DNA of 64,000 nt from Trichodelitschia bisporula (taxonomy: Eukaryota). A program made the translations under genes and the position numbers. The notes below the pieces were generated by a model. The model saw nothing but the letters and a program-made list of their open reading frames with translations. It made no database searches and was not told the origin of the DNA. Shown here in pieces: positions 58,786 through 64,000 of the stretch (the first letter of the stretch is position 1; the number at the start of each line of letters is the position of its first letter). The stretch covers positions 372,001 to 436,000 of the forward strand of contig ML996705.1 in NCBI GenBank assembly GCA_010356995.1, read 5' to 3'.

Positions 58786-60507
58786 GTGGCCGCGTCACGG
58801 CGAAGCGGCTTTCGTGCCCGAAGGAGCAATACAAAAGATGAGAGGAGTCGGCATGTGGTTTCTCTCCGGCGACTCCGTCAGTTGGAGTTCGCTCCGTCGC
58901 CATGAGCATGAACCGTATCTGGTCAAGCTGCAAGGCGCGGAAGTGATCCCTTCAGTGGAGCCACGAGCAAATGCGGGACCTCCACACGGGAGTCGAAAGA
59001 AGATGCAGCTCGTGGTCAAGGGCGAGCAAGAACAAAGAAGAAGAAAGGGATTGTGAGACCCTTCCTAGAGGAGACTGGATGTCGCCGCACGGCCTATGCT
59101 GCCAAGGCCTGGTTGTCGGGCGAAGGGTCGGTGGCAGCTGCACGTTCCCGACGTCGCCATGGGAGACGGTCTGATCGTGAGATATCGCGTCTGGCCCTTC
59201 GAAAGGACCGACTGTTCACTGCCGAAAGGGGATAATGGCGATATGGCATCATATCAAGGAAGCGTGCAGTGCACACGCGCCGGTTCTGCAGGCTAGGTCA
59301 CGGGCTGTCAGCAGGGTAGTTAGCTCGTCAAGCGCTGCCGATCGGCCATAGCACGATCAAGGCAAGACAAGCCGAATCGGGCCTTTAGAATCCACCCAAA
59401 TATTCAAGATCCGCTTCCAAATCATCTGCTTCCAAAGCACATGAATCCTTATACGCTTCCTATCTACGCCTACAGCCTAATGCAGAACTTGCTCCCATCC
59501 CATCGGCACATCGCCCGTCCCGACATCCGTCGTTCCCGCAGTCGCACGGCATTCGCAGGACCCCGCGCCGACGACGCAGCCCCGGCTCGGGAGGAGCGCG
59601 AGGGGTCTTTATTCTGCAGGAAGGGCTTGGCAAGAGGATGCCAAGCCGGGTTGTGCCGAATGCGGTAATTGCTGTGGATGGGCTCCCATCCGGGGGCGCG
59701 GAGTTGGGTTCGGGCGGTAGGTGCCGAAAGGCGTTGAGCGGCGATTTTTGGGATCGATTGGGTTGGAGACGGGATCGTGGAGGGGTTGGGCGTGGTGCGA
59801 TGCCTTTGTTCGCTGCTTTGTGAAGAGGTTTGATCCTCCATGAGCGGGGCGGAAAATTCCCCCGGCGGAGAGGGGCGGGTTGAATGAAGTTGTTACGGTA
59901 GACAGAAGGGATATTGCTCTCTCGCCGTCGAGCATCAGGACTTCCCGAAAGAAATAGCGCTCGAAGTTGAACATCGGCTCCCCGCATCTCCGCCCCCCGA
60001 AGTCCGACAAGCTGGGGTTTCAAAGCCAAAAACCGGTGGTGCCTGGGCGTTCTGGGGTGCCCCGCGCCCACGGACAGCCTTGCTCGGCGACAGCCTATGA
60101 CGGAGGCGCGACGAAACGCCGCCACGAACGGTCCCACCCGTAAGAGGTAACACACTCACCACATTCCCTCATGCCTGCGTATAAACACCCCGTCGCGCCG
60201 CCCTCCTTCGAGACTTCCCTGCCATCCCGTATTTCTACGAACGCCGCTCGTCTTCGCCGTCTACGCCGCCCTGACATCGAGCATCTTGTCTCCGTCCTAA
60301 TTACCCGACGCGCGCACCTGCTGCACTTACCCGGCTGAAACTCGCGCGGTTTGCACTCTCCTAGATTCGAAGCTGCCGCAGCGTCAAATACCCCGCGTCC
60401 GCACGTCAAGTCTCGGGCCTCCAACCCCGCATCCCCGCGCCATCATAAGCACCGCATCCCGCGTTCACCCCTCTCACCTCATCCTCTTACCTTCTAACCA
60501 AACCGAC

Positions 60508-61062
60508 ATGCCTCACCCCTCCTCGCCGCCCACGACGCCCACCATGACGGCCCCCGAACCCACCTTCACCCCCATCAACCACATCGCCTACACCGCGCCG
60601 CTCAACCCCGCGGGGGCATCGCCCATCCTCACCCTCCCCCAAGTCTGGGCCGCCCTCCAACACAAAGTCAACCGCGCGGAGACCTTCGTCCCCGGCGCAA
60701 TCCGGCACACCGACATCCTATCCCACACAACGGACCAACACGGGCGCGCGGTCACGGTGCGCGAAGTCACTTTCCGCGAGGGAAACCGTCGCGTGCGCGA
60801 GACCTGCGTCTTTTACCCCTATATGAAGGTCGAGTTTCGGCAACCGGACGGGAGCTTGGTTATGAATATTGTGTCGGAGGGGCCGAGGGGGGCGGAGGAG
60901 GGGGATTTGCAGATGACGTATACGTTTGAGTGGTTGCATCCGGAGATGAGTCAGGGTGAGCTTGCGGAGAGGAAGGGGAAGGAGAGGGCGATGGCGAAGA
61001 TGGCGGTTGATAGTACGATTCGGGTTATCCGGGACATGGTGAGGGATGGGAGGATTAAGTAG
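60508..61062 (+). CDS. DUF1857/AtaL-like (SRPBCC/START-fold) protein
   Basis: Motifs IAYTAPLNP..LTLPQVWAALQHK..AETFVP, VREVTF, VEFRQPDGS.VMNIVS, MTYTFEW and AVDSTIRVIRDMV. The start may be 60544. Confidence 0.85.
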   Translation: MPHPSSPPTTPTMTAPEPTFTPINHIAYTAPLNPAGASPILTLPQVWAALQHKVNRAETFVPGAIRHTDILSHTTDQHGRAVTVREVTFREGNRRVRETCVFYPYMKVEFRQPDGSLVMNIVSEGPRGAEEGDLQMTYTFEWLHPEMSQGELAERKGKERAMAKMAVDSTIRVIRDMVRDGRIK

Positions 61063-62193
61063 TCTCGTCATGGCGGCAGGTACGGTCGGCTGGAGTTTGG
61101 ATGGGCGAAAATATTAATTAGACCCGGATAATGGAGCTGAGCTTTAAGATGCATGAGAACTTTTGTCATGCACGAGAATGCCCGCAGTCTGGCGTATGAC
61201 ATGAACGGTGACACGAGCGGGTTCCGTCATTGTGGATGGTGGCGCTCGAGGAGGTGGGGAAAAAAACTTGTACCTTGTTGTCGGCCAAATCGGGGCGCTG
61301 AGGGTCCTAGGACTTTTCCCTCTAAGCGAATGGCTACGGGTCGGTCATAAAGTCGTTACCTCCAGGCGCAAGTAACTCGGGTGAGAGGGATGCAATGACT
61401 TCGCGAGCCAAACTAAACGAGACCGAATATCGGAGCTCAAGTACTTCCGCTCCAGATTAGGCTCAACCGTCGACGGCGACGACATCCTATCACCACTTCA
61501 CTGCTTCGTCCCGCCTGCTCATCCGCTCGGTTCATTTGCTTGCTACTGCACCACTCAATCACGTACTCGCTCCCGAAAGGGCACGCGACTCGTCCAGCAT
61601 GGCTTGAGGCTTCCTCGAAAAGCCCCGCGATTGGGCGTCACCTAAAGTACCTCACACGGGCCTAAACCGCACCCTAAGCTGGCCAACAAGCTTATTCTGT
61701 AAGATTTGCTTGTAGAGTCGCCAATCGGTGGCGACGCTCAATCAAGGTTTAGGCATCGAGAAAGAAGCTTCAACCGCGAATCCCCCGCAATGGAGTAATT
61801 AATCGTTCATCTTGACCCGCATCCTTGCCGGATCTCGGACTCCTTCAGATCATGCTTCCGACCATATTCTGGACTCCGGACCCGTTACCGTGATAGGGCT
61901 TTCCATCTTCGGCCGATATTGAGGGCTGCCGCTAGGTCTGGGGAGATCCGCGCTCGAAGGCGATCGCCCTCGTGGGTTGCGGGGATGTGCTGGATGGATC
62001 GCGGCCGTGGCGCTAGGATGTGCCGCCGAACGCACCATCCCTTCCCCGCGATGTCTTCACGCGGGCGTGCCAAGTTAATGAAATGGATGGCTGGCCCTCA
62101 GTACGGCCGGCAGGCCGACTGGGTGGTAGAAAAGCCTGTTGGCCGCCGTGCGAGTGGCAGCGTTTCGCTGCTCCTTGACGACTGACTCCCACG

Positions 62194-63717
62194 ATGCGGC
62201 TGCACGCGCTTCTTGTGGCTTCCTTTGTGGCGGTTGTCTCTGCAGCAGCAGTGGGCGTGCCGAAGGATCGCAAGTTCTCCGATGCTGAGGTCTTGAAGTT
62301 GCTGCTTGACAACCCTCGGTTTCTTCCACGGTCCAGTAAGCCTCTGTTCGTTCTCCTTAATCCAATGCTGACATGTAGAGGCTACCAGCTCCTCAGGTCA
62401 CATGTCGATGGACATCTCAGTAAGAGGCAGACGATGTTCTCACCCGGGAACATCGTCGCCGCGTTGGGCACGCTAGAAGCGATGTGGTCGGGACCAAGAG
62501 ATAACATGCCCGTGAGCAAGAAGGCCGAAGTCCAGGAGGAGAAGAGTGAATGGCCTGGCGCTGTGAAGAGGAAGGTCCGATATGGACCTATCCGGTTACC
62601 TCCCACATCTGTAGGCTCTTCAGGCTGATTATTTCTGACCCCAGCTCATCGAGGCAGGAACCCAACCTTGAGTCCATGATCATGAAGGTCCAAGGTATGG
62701 GCTACGGATTCAAGATGAATGCACGCAAGCCGTGCGATGACGACTGCACGATCCTTGCGCTGCAGGCGACGCTCGAGTTTGCCGACGGATCACCGGCTGA
62801 GAATGACAAAGGGGTATGATCATCAAGTCCCGTGCCTTATGCCCTGTCTTATGCTTCATAGGCTTGGTTCCATCACTCGACGCTCATCTCCGCCGGTCCC
62901 AATGCTCGAACCATCACATGCGGTTGGCCGGTCCCTGTGGAGAACCTCTTCATGTCCGGCAACGAGAAGTCCAGCGTGATCTTCTCCCTCCCTGCCAACG
63001 AAACCGGTGTGCGATCCGGATACCACATCGGACCCTATGAAACCTTCGTATTGCACGCCAAGCTCATGAACCTAGAAGACGCGGAAAAGTTTGTCTGGAT
63101 CACCATCTCCTATGACGTGCTTCCCGGAGACCTAAAGAAGGAAATCAAGGTCGGTCGCATGCTGTGGCAGTCGCTCGACACAAGTGATACGAGCATGTGC
63201 ACCGGCGCCGTTAACCCGTTTGGCCCGCTGAACGTCACGGCTATGATGCAGCCCATCCGCCGTCGGTTTTCGGAGCACACCATTCCCTGGACCGCGCCTA
63301 ACGATGGGACTATCCTGCTGACTGGCGGCCATATGCATGATGGCGGGATCAGCGTTGACACTGTCCACAACGGCCAGACGATTTGCGAGAGCGTGGCGCA
63401 GTACGGACGACGGGCGGGGAATGCTGGGTCTGAGGGACCGGGACACGGCGGCCATTCGAGGAGACAGATTCCTGCGGGCGATTACAACAACATGGATATT
63501 GATCACATCCTGGAACAAACCCGGTGCATCTATTCGAAGGGGCGGAGCTTGAAGAAGGGCGATAAGCTGTGGATTCGGGCGAACTATGACTTTGACAAAC
63601 ACCCTGGGTACGTTAGCATGGCGGATTGATCATCAAACTGACAAGCGCAGGATGAAAAATCAGAAGGGCGAGCTTGATGAGATCATGGGCATTGTTGGGA
63701 CCCTGATTGCTACGTGA
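62194..63717 (+). CDS. Secreted uncharacterised protein with PHM/Cu-type-II monooxygenase-like motifs (paralog 2)
   Basis: Signal peptide. Motifs KRKVRYGPIRLP, AWFHHSTL, FMSGNEKS and GGHMHDGG; last exon GMKNQKGELDEIMGIVGTLIAT*. Colinear with 36862-38224. Confidence 0.8.
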
Positions 63718-64000
63718 GGGCTTTGCTGTCTCGTTTGCTTTGTCAGTCCGGTAGCCTGTTGACAAAAGCAATATCAGTTCTACTCGTCTTCCTTGTCTTG
63801 ATCCTATTAGGTATATACTTTCGCTTTCAGATCTTCTTCCGGAGTTCCTTGACCTGCATACTGTTAGCCTGAACTCCGGAGGTGGCTGCCTTAGCTGTTA
63901 TACTGGACCGGACGAACGACCTCATTGCTCACTGCGATGCCTCCGGCACAGCCGATGATTGATGGACCTGGCAAGCCTATATCGAAGGGACTAGGACTAC

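Noticed and set aside
51139..61062. Secondary-metabolite cluster (SDR, TRI12-like MFS, PTH11-like, DUF1857)
   Set aside because: There is no backbone enzyme or cluster transcription factor in the window, and the genes are widely spaced.
63839..63880. 10-bp inverted repeat TCCGGAGTTC/GAACTCCGGA
   Set aside because: Short and single, with no target-site duplication; it may be a chance 3'UTR hairpin.
1..64000. CRISPR arrays, rRNA, snRNA, TPP riboswitch, transposase/RT ORFs, Kex2-repeat RiPP precursors
   Set aside because: I looked for their signatures by eye and saw none. A covariance-model scan would be needed to exclude small ncRNAs.

Overview
This is eukaryotic DNA from a filamentous ascomycete, probably Dothideomycete-like (inference). 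It is GC-rich, with short introns of about 42-100 nt that have GT..CTRAC..YAG signals. I reconstructed 21 spliced or single-exon protein-coding genes by hand and found 2 tRNA genes (Gln-CTG with an intron, Ser-AGA). Secreted products are abundant: an AA2 peroxidase, a PL7 lyase, a tandem SH3b-like protein, a PAN-PAN-laccase fusion, an S10 carboxypeptidase, two paralogous PHM-like copper proteins, and three small Cys- or Pro-rich proteins. Housekeeping and signalling genes include a WSC/PMP22 protein, a Pex11-like protein, a hybrid histidine kinase, a HECT E3 ligase, MFS transporters, an SDR and a PTH11-like receptor. The most notable observations are: (1) two uncharacterised secreted proteins with peptidylglycine-monooxygenase-type Cu motifs; (2) two small secreted genes that share an equivalent 44-nt signal-peptide exon but have unrelated mature regions; (3) a three-copy dispersed non-coding element, one copy carrying a TA-flanked MITE at a site that is empty in another copy; (4) an SprT-like HQxxH pseudo-protease fused to a BTB-like domain; (5) an SDR intron ending in GG instead of AG; (6) a C-rich-5' to G-rich-3' gradient within many genes. 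All family calls come from motif recognition; no database searches were run.
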